A stretch of 64,000 nucleotides of DNA from a virus, in IMG/VR virus record IMGVR_UViG_3300045988_179014, positions 256,001 through 320,000 of that record. The stretch is one strand, 5' to 3'. A program made the translations under genes and the position numbers. The notes beneath the pieces are model-generated. The model was not told the DNA's origin. It saw nothing but the letters and a program-made list of their open reading frames with translations, and did no database searches. Positions 51,015 to 61,621 of this stretch are shown here, piece by piece. The number at the start of each line of letters is the position of its first letter. Position 1 is the stretch's first letter.

Positions 51015-52268
51015 CTATAGATAGTAATTTTGAATCAAAATCCTATCCTGTCTGCTATATCGACCACTCATTAACCAGTTGTCATATGCTTTTTCTCCAT
51101 ATGCTTGAACGAGTCTTTCATTCTCAGTTTTCACATATGAATACCAATCCAAATCACTAAGTTCGAGTTTCAGCGACATGGGCAATGCGGAGTCAAGTTT
51201 TGATGCTGCAATAATTGCTTCCTGCAATTCAACCGAATGATACAAAATATGAACCATAGGGCTCTTGTCGTGTCTATCATTTCTATCATTGTTTTGCATA
51301 TATCTCAACAATTCCTCAAAATCGTTACCCCCGAGTCTGAGGTATAGATAAACAAGCAATCTTATGAATACTACTTGAGAAGCTACTTCATAACAATGGG
51401 GAACAACAAATCCGAGTCGAGCTATAATGTCTTCAAACTCATTCATTTCGTCAAGATTTAGTGCACATATGCGCATTGGTTCATCACCACAACATACTGG
51501 TACTTTAAGCGTCATGTCATAAGCATCAATGCCTTTCCTTATACGCGAGAAATGAATCTTTCGATAACGCGCATCAGAGAAATACCAATCCCCTTGAAAA
51601 ACAGTTGTTCTAAGACCTAAAGAACCCCCAAATACTGGGTACACTTCTTGATTCTTTTGAAACAAACAGAGAAGCGCTGGTAGTACCCAAATACCATGAC
51701 CAAACATGCCTCTTCTGCGCTTCTTGGCAAACTCTTCCAGTAGCTCCAACACATGAGCATTAACAGGATGGTCACACACCCAGTCATTGAAGTCTGGTTT
51801 TTTAACCCACTCATCATAACTGATTTCAAACATTACGAATGGAATATTTTCTTTAATAACATTATCCAGTACTGAGAGTAGAACTGAATCGCGCCAGGTT
51901 GACAATGACTGCTTCGCCAGACGTTCAGAAACATAAATATTATGTTGTCGAAACACTATGAATTGTTTCAAATGGGATAATCGTGCTTGTGAATCTGGCC
52001 AATCCAGAATCGCTCTCAGCACTTTTAAGTCTTCCCCTTCAAGACTTAACTGCGGTTTGTGAAAATGGGATTCGTCTTTAGAAGCAAAAGAATTTCCCAA
52101 TTCGGCCATATCAGCAGCTAACACCTTCAGTTGTTTATTTGATAACCCTCTACGGGGTATCAACAACCCATATGTTTCATTTGCTGATTGCGCCCATCTA
52201 TGTATTTTGCCATCTAATGAAACTAAGATGGGAGAAACAAACTTTCCTAAAAGGTGCTTAAACAACAC
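51015..52268 (-). CDS. tandem-array paralog 4 (417 aa), C-terminally extended variant
   Basis: Family motifs are present, but 'LICDH' is replaced by 'AILDWP', and there is a ~35 aa extension after '...LSDLDWYSY'. Confidence 0.65.
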   Translation of the reverse strand: MLFKHLLGKFVSPILVSLDGKIHRWAQSANETYGLLIPRRGLSNKQLKVLAADMAELGNSFASKDESHFHKPQLSLEGEDLKVLRAILDWPDSQARLSHLKQFIVFRQHNIYVSERLAKQSLSTWRDSVLLSVLDNVIKENIPFVMFEISYDEWVKKPDFNDWVCDHPVNAHVLELLEEFAKKRRRGMFGHGIWVLPALLCLFQKNQEVYPVFGGSLGLRTTVFQGDWYFSDARYRKIHFSRIRKGIDAYDMTLKVPVCCGDEPMRICALNLDEMNEFEDIIARLGFVVPHCYEVASQVVFIRLLVYLYLRLGGNDFEELLRYMQNNDRNDRHDKSPMVHILYHSVELQEAIIAASKLDSALPMSLKLELSDLDWYSYVKTENERLVQAYGEKAYDNWLMSGRYSRQDRILIQNYYL

Positions 52269-52344
52269 AAAGCTCCCCTATTTTATAGACTAAATTGATA
52301 ATCACAATTCTAGTCTCAGGGGAGCCACGTGTCAATTCTGGCTA

Positions 52345-53400
52345 TCAAAACACCAGCTGTACCAACTCTTCATTGGGGTCTTCCTCAGCCAACTGCTGAA
52401 GAAGCTTTTCAAACTTTTTGCTACCGAGTCTGAGGTAGCAATACAAAAACCTTGTAACAAAAACCTTACTGAGATAATAATATTTATTTGGAATTCTGAA
52501 ACTGGTGCAGTCCAGAATTTCCTGAAGTTCAGCTGCCTCCTCTGCGGTCAGGACATGATTTGGCAGAAGAGTACAATCATCTTCCTTCTTGTACCATGCC
52601 CTTAGAACATTTTTCTTGATGGGAAGATTCTCTTCCTGCACTCGTTTTCTGTGAAGCTCCCGGTACTCAGGATTCGCGAAGTCCCAATCAGCTTCCAGAG
52701 TACGCTTGATATGGGATGGCTCCCAGAGACGAAGCTGCTGCTGTTGCTCATCTGTCAGCCCCACGAACCATTTAAAAGTAGTGAATTGAATCTCTTGTAC
52801 TTCTGGGGTTTTTTCAAGAAGAGCCCATAGATTCTCTAGGACATGTGGATTCACCTCATGAGAATCCAGGCAAAGTGACGTTATAGACCGTTTCGGAGGA
52901 TTTTTAACATATGGCGCAAATGGTACGTTTTGACTCATTGTTTTCATATCCCAATACCTTGACATAGCGGCCAAGGATATTTTCGTCAGTTCGGTTGGCA
53001 CATACACCCCGTTCTGCCGAAAAATCAAGAAGTCAATCAGGTGCGCTACGCGTACATATTTATGCGGTTGGTCACAAATCAGTTTCAATGTTTCCAGGTC
53101 ATCATCCTGGATATGTAGAGGATTGTTGAAATGACATCTTGATTCCAAAGGTTCCAAGGAATTTCTGTGATGGTTGCCCAAATCAGTTCTAAGAGTATTC
53201 AATTGGTCCTCAGTCAGAGCACCTTTGGACAACACAATACCAACCACTTTGGTCTTTTTACCAAGGTGAACAGTGCCATCTAGGCCAACCGTAATGAAGT
53301 GAGTACCCCCACAAGCCGTAATGAACTTCTCAAACTGTCGTACAATGGCTTCCATTTCCGCGTTTCCCTTTCTGCGATTCGTATGAGAACAGACTATCAC
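52345..53400 (-). CDS. tandem-array paralog 5 (351 aa), divergent and C-terminally truncated copy
   Basis: Retains 'LICDQP', 'NPHVLENLWALL' and 'YCYLRLGSKKFEKLL' but lacks the LPLSLKLEL tail. A degenerate remnant of the tail is visible out of frame. Confidence 0.55.
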   Translation of the reverse strand: MIVCSHTNRRKGNAEMEAIVRQFEKFITACGGTHFITVGLDGTVHLGKKTKVVGIVLSKGALTEDQLNTLRTDLGNHHRNSLEPLESRCHFNNPLHIQDDDLETLKLICDQPHKYVRVAHLIDFLIFRQNGVYVPTELTKISLAAMSRYWDMKTMSQNVPFAPYVKNPPKRSITSLCLDSHEVNPHVLENLWALLEKTPEVQEIQFTTFKWFVGLTDEQQQQLRLWEPSHIKRTLEADWDFANPEYRELHRKRVQEENLPIKKNVLRAWYKKEDDCTLLPNHVLTAEEAAELQEILDCTSFRIPNKYYYLSKVFVTRFLYCYLRLGSKKFEKLLQQLAEEDPNEELVQLVF

Positions 53401-54563
53401 ATGTGTGAAGACCTGTCAAAACCGCTGAGTTGGAATCTCAAGGAGAAAGGTAGTGCGGAGTCCAGCTTTGAGACTGCAATAATCGTTTTCTGTGCTTCAA
53501 CAGCCCCATACAGTGCATTTGACAGAAGCTTCCAGTCTTCCTCGTTTTGTTGGCAATCACGTAAATATTGCAGAAACTCTTCAAAATCTTTACTACCAAT
53601 TTTGAGGTACAGATAGATGAAAGATTTGAAGCTTCGATATCGCGAAAATGAATTGTCATATAGAGGGCCAAGTTCTGAACGTTCTATAATTGCTTGAAAA
53701 TCATTCGCTTCATTCTGTGTCATGGCACAAACAGACCATGTATCATCATATCGCCCTGATTTCACATTGAAGGAAAACTTTACAATTGGAAGGTTTTGTT
53801 TCAATCGGTCTAGGTGAAATGTCTTGTATTGTTCATCCCATATGTACCAATCTGATGCCATTAGTGCTCTAACATATTCTGAAGTGCAAGAACACAATGC
53901 TTTTTGTTCTTCTGATGACAAACACATAAAAACTCGCAACATGGGTTCATAACTAATTTTGACATCAGGGTGGCTTTTGGTCAACAAATACAGGTTTTCC
54001 AATGTATATGGATTACATGGGTGTTCGCATATCCAATTGTTGAAGTCTTGTGACAATTCCAGGCCATAACGAAAACTGTTGGTAATTTGAACCATGAATG
54101 GAACAGCGTTATATGTGCCATTGTTCCAATATATGTGCAAATCGGATAATGATTGTTTAGCAACCCATTCGGGGATATGAACACCATGTTGCAGAAGGGT
54201 CAGAAATTGACTCAGGTGTGCTTCCCTCTCCCCTTGTAATGGATGGTCACAAATCATTTTCAGTACGTCCACATTTTCACTGTCAAGATGTAATTGAGAT
54301 GTATGAAAATGCAATAATGACATCAACATGCTAGAACCAAATCCTGTTTCCAGCCGAGCAATGTCCTGTCTCAATGTTGTTAACTGCTGTGGGGACAAAA
54401 CACCTTTGGGGAACACTACGCCTTGGACTGAAGACACCTTTGAATCCAAATCATACACTTGACCGTTTAGTGTGACTACGATTTTCTCAGTAGATTCACT
54501 GGTGTTTTCAACAGATTTGAAATACTCTTGCTGTGGTTTACTGCGTGAATGATGACTATGCAT
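53397..54563 (-). CDS. tandem-array paralog 6 (388 aa)
   Basis: Family motifs; tail 'ALPFSLRFQLSGFDRSSHM'. ATGA overlap with paralog 5. Confidence 0.7.
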   Translation of the reverse strand: MHSHHSRSKPQQEYFKSVENTSESTEKIVVTLNGQVYDLDSKVSSVQGVVFPKGVLSPQQLTTLRQDIARLETGFGSSMLMSLLHFHTSQLHLDSENVDVLKMICDHPLQGEREAHLSQFLTLLQHGVHIPEWVAKQSLSDLHIYWNNGTYNAVPFMVQITNSFRYGLELSQDFNNWICEHPCNPYTLENLYLLTKSHPDVKISYEPMLRVFMCLSSEEQKALCSCTSEYVRALMASDWYIWDEQYKTFHLDRLKQNLPIVKFSFNVKSGRYDDTWSVCAMTQNEANDFQAIIERSELGPLYDNSFSRYRSFKSFIYLYLKIGSKDFEEFLQYLRDCQQNEEDWKLLSNALYGAVEAQKTIIAVSKLDSALPFSLRFQLSGFDRSSHM

Positions 54564-54603
54564 TTTCCAGTTTCATTGATGTGAGTGTGTTTTCAGATTT
54601 CAC

Positions 54604-55752
54604 TCATATGGAGAACATGTCGTCTCTTGATGCATTCCAATCAAATCCGTTAAATTCCAGTTTTAGGGACAATGGCAAGGTGGCATCAAGTTTTGAAGCA
54701 TCCACAATAGCTTTCTGGAGTACCAAAGATTTTTCCAGCTTGTATATGGTGTCTTCTTGCAGCATTGAGCCTCTCTTTTGTTGATGATGTTGCAAATATT
54801 GCAATAGTTCAATGAAATCTTTGTTACCCAATTCAAGATATAAATAAGCTAGTAGACCCAGAATCGCAGCTGGTGACATATAAACATCATCGAAAATAGC
54901 AAACTTTGTTTCATCCAGAATTGCCTGAAAATCTTCTGCTTCAGCCTGTGTCATAACACGAGCATTCACTACAACTTTTCTATCTGCTGCCATACGTATC
55001 GTAAATGGAAACTCAATTATTGGATGATTTCTCTTCACACGTTCCAGGTGAAGTTTACGAAGCAATATATTACGTTTGTACCAGTTGTAATCCATTAGAG
55101 CTTTAATTTGGTTCGAGGTATAGGAACGAACCATTTCTTCTTGTTCTTCGTCAGACAATGTCATGATGACGTTTTCAATAACATCGCACTCAATTCCTAT
55201 GTCTGGATGTTTCTGATTCAGAAGATACAAATTTTCCAGCAAATACCGATTTACTGGAGTATCCAAATCCAATAAGTAATTCAAATCCTCTGGAAAATGG
55301 TCTGCTGAAGAACCACTACCAAGTTTAACCATGAAGGGCCTAGCATGATATAAGCCATTGCTCAAACATGCATGCAAATCAGACAACGATTTTTTGGTAA
55401 CCCATTCAGAAACATAAATATTCCCCTGCTTGAAAAGCATAAATTGCCTCAAATGGGCTTTTCTTTCACGTTGGTACGGATGGTCACAAATCAGCCTTAG
55501 AGACTTGATGTCTTCGTCATCAAAATATAATTGCGATACGCTAGGGAACCAGCCTTCATACGCTAAATCCCAAGTTGGTTCAATGTCTTGACTCAATCGT
55601 GCTAATTGTGTTTTGGACAATGCGTTCTTTCTCATGACTAGACCTGGGAGAGTGGGTTCTGAATCAAACTCTTTTATTTCGCCGTCCAATGCAATGACAA
55701 TATAGATTGAATCAGAACATTGCGCTGTAGTTTCCAATTGGTTATCATTCAT
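54604..55752 (-). CDS. tandem-array paralog 7 (382 aa)
   Basis: Family motifs; tail 'TLPLSLKLEFNGFDWNAS'. Confidence 0.7.
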   Translation of the reverse strand: MNDNQLETTAQCSDSIYIVIALDGEIKEFDSEPTLPGLVMRKNALSKTQLARLSQDIEPTWDLAYEGWFPSVSQLYFDDEDIKSLRLICDHPYQRERKAHLRQFMLFKQGNIYVSEWVTKKSLSDLHACLSNGLYHARPFMVKLGSGSSADHFPEDLNYLLDLDTPVNRYLLENLYLLNQKHPDIGIECDVIENVIMTLSDEEQEEMVRSYTSNQIKALMDYNWYKRNILLRKLHLERVKRNHPIIEFPFTIRMAADRKVVVNARVMTQAEAEDFQAILDETKFAIFDDVYMSPAAILGLLAYLYLELGNKDFIELLQYLQHHQQKRGSMLQEDTIYKLEKSLVLQKAIVDASKLDATLPLSLKLEFNGFDWNASRDDMFSI

Positions 55753-55796
55753 AATATTTGTGCATCCTGATTGATGTAATTATTTAACAGTTAAAC

Positions 55797-56954
55797 TTAT
55801 GATGACGTATCAATGTATGGCGCAAAATCCAAATCACTAAGCTCTAATCTCAAGGACAAAGGAAGTTCGCAGTCCTGTTTTGAGAGAGCAATGATTAACT
55901 CCTGTAATTTGGTAGAATCGCACAACGTCTTTACAATAGATTTTTTCTCGTGACTACCATTTTGACAATCTCTTAAATAAGACAAAAGCTCGCTGAAGTT
56001 CTCACTTCCCAATTTGAAATACAGATAAGCAAATATACCAAAAATTGGCAATACAGACCGTCCCATATGACGGCTATGAAGAATGACAAACTGGGTTCGG
56101 TCAAGAATTGCTTGAAAATCTTCCGCCTCAGCCTGAGTCATAGCACAAATCAACTCGGATACAGTGAAAATTTCCCCGTTGTTTTCAAATTTCATTACAA
56201 ATTGGTATTCAACAAGAGGGACGTTTTTCTTAACCCGCTCCAAATGAAGCAAACGAAGGGATTCATGGGTCTTATACCAGTCACAATCCATTATGGTCTT
56301 GATTTGATGGGATGTATAACCAATCATCTCTTGCTGTTCTTCATGCGACAAATGTATGAAAACACGCAAACCGGTTCTATAATCAATTCCTGTATTGACA
56401 GGGTGTTTTCGGGCTAGTAAGTGCAAGTTCTCCAATATATGGGGAGTTACCGGGTATTTGCATATGTAATATTTAAAATCTGGGCACAACCACTCATATG
56501 ACAAACCACTATCACTTTCAATCACATGTGCAGGGTGGCGTAATGATTGTTGTGTTACCCATTCAGGCACATATATATTGTGTTTTCTGAAATACAGGAA
56601 ATTCTTCAAGTGATTTCGTCGTTTCTGTTTATGAGGATGGTCACAAATCAACCTCAAATTTTTTATATCTTCTTCAGTTTCAAACTGAGGTAGATGGGGA
56701 TGACGACACAGCTCTTTATAGTTATCGTGAAACCGCAAAAAATTAAAGTCTTCTTTCAATGTATTTAATTGCTGTTCAGATAAAGCATCATGTGGCAAAA
56801 CCAAAAAACCTGGAAGTACGAAGCTTGAATCAAAATCGTATATTTCAGCGTTCCAAGTAATAGCGATTCGTTTTGAGTCGTTGGGAGAATGAGGCGATTG
56901 TGCTACCAAAGGTGACATTGGATGCTGACAATTCATGAAGTACTTTCCTTGCAA
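55797..56954 (-). CDS. tandem-array paralog 8 (385 aa), subtype A
   Basis: Family motifs. About 75% identical to paralog 10 in the N-terminal region ('KRIAITWNAEIYDFDSSFVLPG'). Confidence 0.7.
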   Translation of the reverse strand: MQGKYFMNCQHPMSPLVAQSPHSPNDSKRIAITWNAEIYDFDSSFVLPGFLVLPHDALSEQQLNTLKEDFNFLRFHDNYKELCRHPHLPQFETEEDIKNLRLICDHPHKQKRRNHLKNFLYFRKHNIYVPEWVTQQSLRHPAHVIESDSGLSYEWLCPDFKYYICKYPVTPHILENLHLLARKHPVNTGIDYRTGLRVFIHLSHEEQQEMIGYTSHQIKTIMDCDWYKTHESLRLLHLERVKKNVPLVEYQFVMKFENNGEIFTVSELICAMTQAEAEDFQAILDRTQFVILHSRHMGRSVLPIFGIFAYLYFKLGSENFSELLSYLRDCQNGSHEKKSIVKTLCDSTKLQELIIALSKQDCELPLSLRLELSDLDFAPYIDTSS

Positions 56955-56988
56955 CTAGGCCATTTACAGGATTGAAAAACGACATTAC

Positions 56989-58083
56989 TCACTTGGTACA
57001 CAATTCTCCGTCCAAATCATAGAGTTCAAGCTTTAACGACAATGGTAGCTCACAATCCTGTTTCGAGAGCGTAATGATTGACTCCTGAAACTTGGTAGAA
57101 TTACACAACATTTTTACAATAGAGTCCCCGTTTTTACAACTACTGCTTGGGTAATCCCGCAAGTAGTACAGTAGCTCTTCGAAATTCGCAGCACCAAGTT
57201 GAAAATACAAATAAACGAATGGGCTAATTTGACCTGATGATATGTAGACATCCTCGGGAACAACGAATTGAGTTTTTTCAAAAATCCTCTGAAAACACTC
57301 TGCCTCATTCAGCGTCATTGAAGAAATTGTCATTGTTGCACTATATATTTTGCTGTCACATTCAAATTTTATAACAAGCGAATAATCTGAAATAGGCAGA
57401 TTATTTCTCACCCGCTCCAAGTAAAGTGTCTGCCAATGTGGGTGAGCCTCATCCCAACCACATTCCATTACATTTTTGATTTGCTCAGGTGTGTAGGAAT
57501 GAACTATCTCGCTTTGCTCTTCTTGCGACAGCCTCAGGAACGCCCCTCGTACAATATTGCTACGATACATCTTTATATTTAGATGCTCTTTTTTAGCGAG
57601 TAGATGCAAGTTTTCTAATGTGTGTGGATTGACTGTTTTTAAACGTACCAAGAAATTAAATTCCCTCAATAACCAATAGGCCAACGACTCATTCTCCATT
57701 TCAATCATGAAAGGAGCTTGGCACTCATTGGATGAGGACAAGGATTGTTTAGTCATCCATTCTGGTACGTAAATTCCATAGTGCCGCAAATACAGGAATT
57801 GCTTTAAGTGGTCAAATTGTTCCCACGAATCATTATGGTCACAAATCAGTCTCAGCGACCTGACATCTTCGTCATTATCGAGACGCAAATGAAACATACG
57901 TCCATGACTATAATGAAAATCCCGCAGCTCTGTCATAGAATCCGTCAAGATGTTAAGTTGTGTTTCTGACAAACCATCCTGCGGTAATACTATCCCTTGA
58001 TAGTTTGTGTCTTTAGCATCAAAATTCCGAACCTTGTCATCATAGAAAGGAATGAGGATTAAACTGGAACTAGGTGACAGCAA
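56989..58083 (-). CDS. tandem-array paralog 9 (364 aa), subtype B
   Basis: Family motifs. Pairs with paralog 11 ('LILIPFYDDKVRNFD' and the tail 'LKLELYDLDGELCTK'). Confidence 0.7.
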   Translation of the reverse strand: MLSPSSSLILIPFYDDKVRNFDAKDTNYQGIVLPQDGLSETQLNILTDSMTELRDFHYSHGRMFHLRLDNDEDVRSLRLICDHNDSWEQFDHLKQFLYLRHYGIYVPEWMTKQSLSSSNECQAPFMIEMENESLAYWLLREFNFLVRLKTVNPHTLENLHLLAKKEHLNIKMYRSNIVRGAFLRLSQEEQSEIVHSYTPEQIKNVMECGWDEAHPHWQTLYLERVRNNLPISDYSLVIKFECDSKIYSATMTISSMTLNEAECFQRIFEKTQFVVPEDVYISSGQISPFVYLYFQLGAANFEELLYYLRDYPSSSCKNGDSIVKMLCNSTKFQESIITLSKQDCELPLSLKLELYDLDGELCTK

Positions 58084-58122
58084 AACACTACTCCTTTACC
58101 CTATTGACTCAATGACATCAGC

Positions 58123-59274
58123 TCAAAACTCATACTGTAGAGCACAAGATTGCTCCATGTACGGGTTCCAGTCAAAACCGCTGAATGTCAACCTCAAAGA
58201 CAATGGTAGCTCACAATGCTGCTTTGATGCAACAATGATTCGCTCTTGTGCTTCATAATAGTCATACAACACTTTGACAAGAGACCTTTTTCGCCTGTTG
58301 TTGCTTTCACAATCTTTCAAGTAATACAGTAGTTCTTCAAAATTTGTGCTACCCAGTTCAAGATATAGATAGACGAACAACCCAAAAACTGATGATGTTG
58401 ACATTGAATAATAACTATTAGGAACAACAAATTGGGTTCTGTCCAAAATTGTTTGGAAATTGTTTGCTTCATCTAACATCATTGCATGAGCCAGTTGTTG
58501 TATACTGGATATTTTCCCTTTGGATTCAAATTGCATTACGAATTGGTGCTCAACAAGTGGAAGGTTCTTCTTCACTCGTTCCAAATGAAGTGAAGATAAA
58601 TTCGCATGGTGGATATACCAGTCACAATCCATTATGGCCTTGATTTGATGAGGTGTATAACCAATCATCTCTTTCTGTTCTTCATGTGACAAATACATGA
58701 AGACATCACAAACAGCCATATGGCTAATTTCCACATTGGGGTGTCTTTTAGCTAGTAGGTGCAAGTTCTCCAATATATGAGGAACTACGGGGTATTCGCA
58801 TATGTAATAATTAAAATCTGGCAGCAGTCCATATGGTAAATCGCTATCAGTTTTAATCATAAATGCGGCTTGGCGTGTAGCTAGTAATGATTGTTGTGTC
58901 ACCCATTCAGACACATATATACCATGTTGCCTGAAATACAGGAAATGCCTCAAATGCCGCAATCGTTTATCCTTGTAAGAGTGGTCACAAATCAATCTCA
59001 ATACTTTGACGTCTTCTTCGGTGTCAAGACGTAGATGCGGTGTATGAAAATGTTCATCCTCGTACAACAAATCCTGTAACGCAGAAACATCTTCTTTCAG
59101 CGTGGTCAATTGCTGTTCAGATAAAGCTCCATGTGGTATGACCAAACCTGGAAGTATGAAACTTGAATCGAAATCGTATATTTCAGCATTCAAGGCCACA
59201 ATGATTCGTTTTGGGCTACTGGTCGAACGAGATGGTTGTGATGCGAAAGGATGTATTAGATGTTTATTATACAT
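58123..59274 (-). CDS. tandem-array paralog 10 (383 aa), subtype A
   Basis: Family motifs; near-duplicate of paralog 8. Confidence 0.7.
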   Translation of the reverse strand: MYNKHLIHPFASQPSRSTSSPKRIIVALNAEIYDFDSSFILPGLVIPHGALSEQQLTTLKEDVSALQDLLYEDEHFHTPHLRLDTEEDVKVLRLICDHSYKDKRLRHLRHFLYFRQHGIYVSEWVTQQSLLATRQAAFMIKTDSDLPYGLLPDFNYYICEYPVVPHILENLHLLAKRHPNVEISHMAVCDVFMYLSHEEQKEMIGYTPHQIKAIMDCDWYIHHANLSSLHLERVKKNLPLVEHQFVMQFESKGKISSIQQLAHAMMLDEANNFQTILDRTQFVVPNSYYSMSTSSVFGLFVYLYLELGSTNFEELLYYLKDCESNNRRKRSLVKVLYDYYEAQERIIVASKQHCELPLSLRLTFSGFDWNPYMEQSCALQYEF

Positions 59275-59328
59275 GATGCTGTATTCTCACTGCCGTTAAA
59301 AGATTCTTGAAATTAAAGCTGGCATTAT

Positions 59329-60423
59329 TCAACTTGGACATAATTCTTCATCCAACACGCTGAGTGCCAAACTCAGAGACAGAGGTAGTTCATAAGCCTG
59401 TTTCGAAAATGCAATAATTGACTCTTGCAACTCACGTGAATCACATAATGTTTTTACAGCAGACTTGTTTTCCTTAGCATCATTTTTGCAATCTCTCAAG
59501 TAATAAAGTAGTTCTTCGAAATTTGTACTACCAAGTTGAAAGTACAAATAAATGAATGAACTAATTCGGTCTGATGACATGTAGATATCCTCTGGGACAA
59601 CAAATTCAGTTCGGTCTAGGATTGCTTGGAAGTTTTCTGCCTCGTCTAGTGTCATCGCACGAATTGGTATTGCGGTATTTTGGATTCTTCCGTTAAAATT
59701 ATTTTTCACAATAAATGGGTACCTTACAATGGGAATGTTCTTCTTGACTCTCTCCAAGTGAAGAGATTGCAGACGTGTACGATGTGCATACCACCCATAC
59801 TCCATTACTGCTTTAATTTGAGCTGCTGTGTAAGAACTGACCATTTCTTCTTGTTCTTCTTGAGACAAATAAACGAAGACCTGTAGGATTCCGCCATAAT
59901 CCAGGTCCATTTCTGGATATTCCGGATATTTGGAAACAAGGGCGTGCAGATTCATCAATGAATATGGATTAATTTGGCACCGACATATTGTGTAATTGAA
60001 GTCTTCCAAGAACGATTCCATCAAACTCTGGTTTCCAATTTTAGGCATAAATGGAGTTCGTTGTGTGGTAGCGAAGAGCAATGATTGCAGTGTCACCCAT
60101 GCAGGAAGGTACACACCATGCTGTCGCAAATACAAAAACTGGTTTAAGTAATCCAATCGTTTTCTTGAATCACAATGGTCACAAATCAACCTTAGAGACT
60201 TGATGTCTTCGTCATTATCAAGACGCAGCTGAGGAATATGACAGTGTCTATCATATAATAACCGTAATTCTGCCATAGAGTCTTTCAAAACGGCAAGTTG
60301 TGATTCCGATAAAGCCCCATATGGTACTACTACCCCACAAATAGTTGAATCCTCGGACTCTAAACATCGAATTTCGTTATACAATGTGACAAGGATTAGA
60401 GGAGGATTGGACAAATCCATCAT
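59329..60423 (-). CDS. tandem-array paralog 11 (364 aa), subtype B
   Basis: Family motifs; near-duplicate of paralog 9. Confidence 0.7.
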   Translation of the reverse strand: MMDLSNPPLILVTLYNEIRCLESEDSTICGVVVPYGALSESQLAVLKDSMAELRLLYDRHCHIPQLRLDNDEDIKSLRLICDHCDSRKRLDYLNQFLYLRQHGVYLPAWVTLQSLLFATTQRTPFMPKIGNQSLMESFLEDFNYTICRCQINPYSLMNLHALVSKYPEYPEMDLDYGGILQVFVYLSQEEQEEMVSSYTAAQIKAVMEYGWYAHRTRLQSLHLERVKKNIPIVRYPFIVKNNFNGRIQNTAIPIRAMTLDEAENFQAILDRTEFVVPEDIYMSSDRISSFIYLYFQLGSTNFEELLYYLRDCKNDAKENKSAVKTLCDSRELQESIIAFSKQAYELPLSLSLALSVLDEELCPS

Positions 60424-60481
60424 AATGGTCTTTCGTCTTCATCAAGTTGATAGCATAATAATAGTACAGAGATAGAACTGA

Positions 60482-61606
60482 TTATTCCACAGAATCCCAG
60501 TCCAAATCATAGAGTACCAATCTCAAAGACAGTGGTAACTCATCTTCTTGGTTTGGGGCAGGAACAATCAATTCTTGCAGTTGAGGGGAATCATATAGTG
60601 TTTTCACAATAGACTCTTCCTTCTCGCTGTTATACTGGCAGTCTTGTAAATACTGTAGCAGTTCTTCAAAATCCGTGCTACCCAGTGTGAGGTAGAAGTA
60701 AACGAACAGCCCAAAAAGTTCATCAGAGAACATGTAAGAAATATTTGAGAAGATATATTTGGTTCGATTCAGGATTGCCTGAAAATCTTCTGACTCCTCC
60801 AATGTCATGGCACGAGCTGATTTTGATACATCAGATACTCCCCATATTGATGTGAATCGAAGAATAAAAGGATAGTTAACAATGGGAAGATTCCGCTTCA
60901 CCCGGTCAAAATGAAGTGACGACAGAAGCGCATGATGTATGTACCAATCACAATCCGTTATAGCTCTAACTTGGTCTGAAGTGTAAGAATGCATGATTCT
61001 TTCTTGTTCACCCTCAGATAGTGTTGCAAACACCTTTAAAGCGCTAATGTAATTAATCTTTATGTTGGGGCGATTCTTGGCTAACCAGTGTATATTCTCC
61101 AATATGTTGGGACTAACAGAAGACTTGCACACTATATGATTAAAATTCATGCCAAACGAGTGTATTGAGCCAACATGACTGATTCCAACCATAAACAGCT
61201 CCCAATCCACAGCCAACAAAGACTCTTGCGTGAGCTGCTCTGAGACACGGATTCCATGCTGTCTTAAATATAGAAACTGCTTTAGATGTTCCACCCTGTT
61301 TCGTGAACACTTATGGTCACAAATCAATCCCAGCACTTTTATGTCTTCTTCACCATCAAAACGCAGTTGAGGAATATGACAATGTTGGTTGTGTAAGGGA
61401 CGTGATAACCAGACATCCTTTTTCAACACGGTTAATTGCCGTTTGGACAAAGCATTCTTCGGTATGACCAAACCGCGAATGACAGAGACCTCAGAATCGA
61501 AGTCTACCACATCACCGTCCAATGTGACCATTATTGAACCAGAATTCAATATTTTCTTCATAATGCATATTCCCTTGTTTTCATTGATTGGATAGTTCAA
61601 GTTCAT
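60482..61606 (-). CDS. tandem-array paralog 12 (374 aa)
   Basis: Family motifs; tail 'ELPLSLRLVLYDLDWDSVE'. Confidence 0.7.
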   Translation of the reverse strand: MNLNYPINENKGICIMKKILNSGSIMVTLDGDVVDFDSEVSVIRGLVIPKNALSKRQLTVLKKDVWLSRPLHNQHCHIPQLRFDGEEDIKVLGLICDHKCSRNRVEHLKQFLYLRQHGIRVSEQLTQESLLAVDWELFMVGISHVGSIHSFGMNFNHIVCKSSVSPNILENIHWLAKNRPNIKINYISALKVFATLSEGEQERIMHSYTSDQVRAITDCDWYIHHALLSSLHFDRVKRNLPIVNYPFILRFTSIWGVSDVSKSARAMTLEESEDFQAILNRTKYIFSNISYMFSDELFGLFVYFYLTLGSTDFEELLQYLQDCQYNSEKEESIVKTLYDSPQLQELIVPAPNQEDELPLSLRLVLYDLDWDSVE

Positions 61607-61621
61607 ACTATAGTACGAAAA

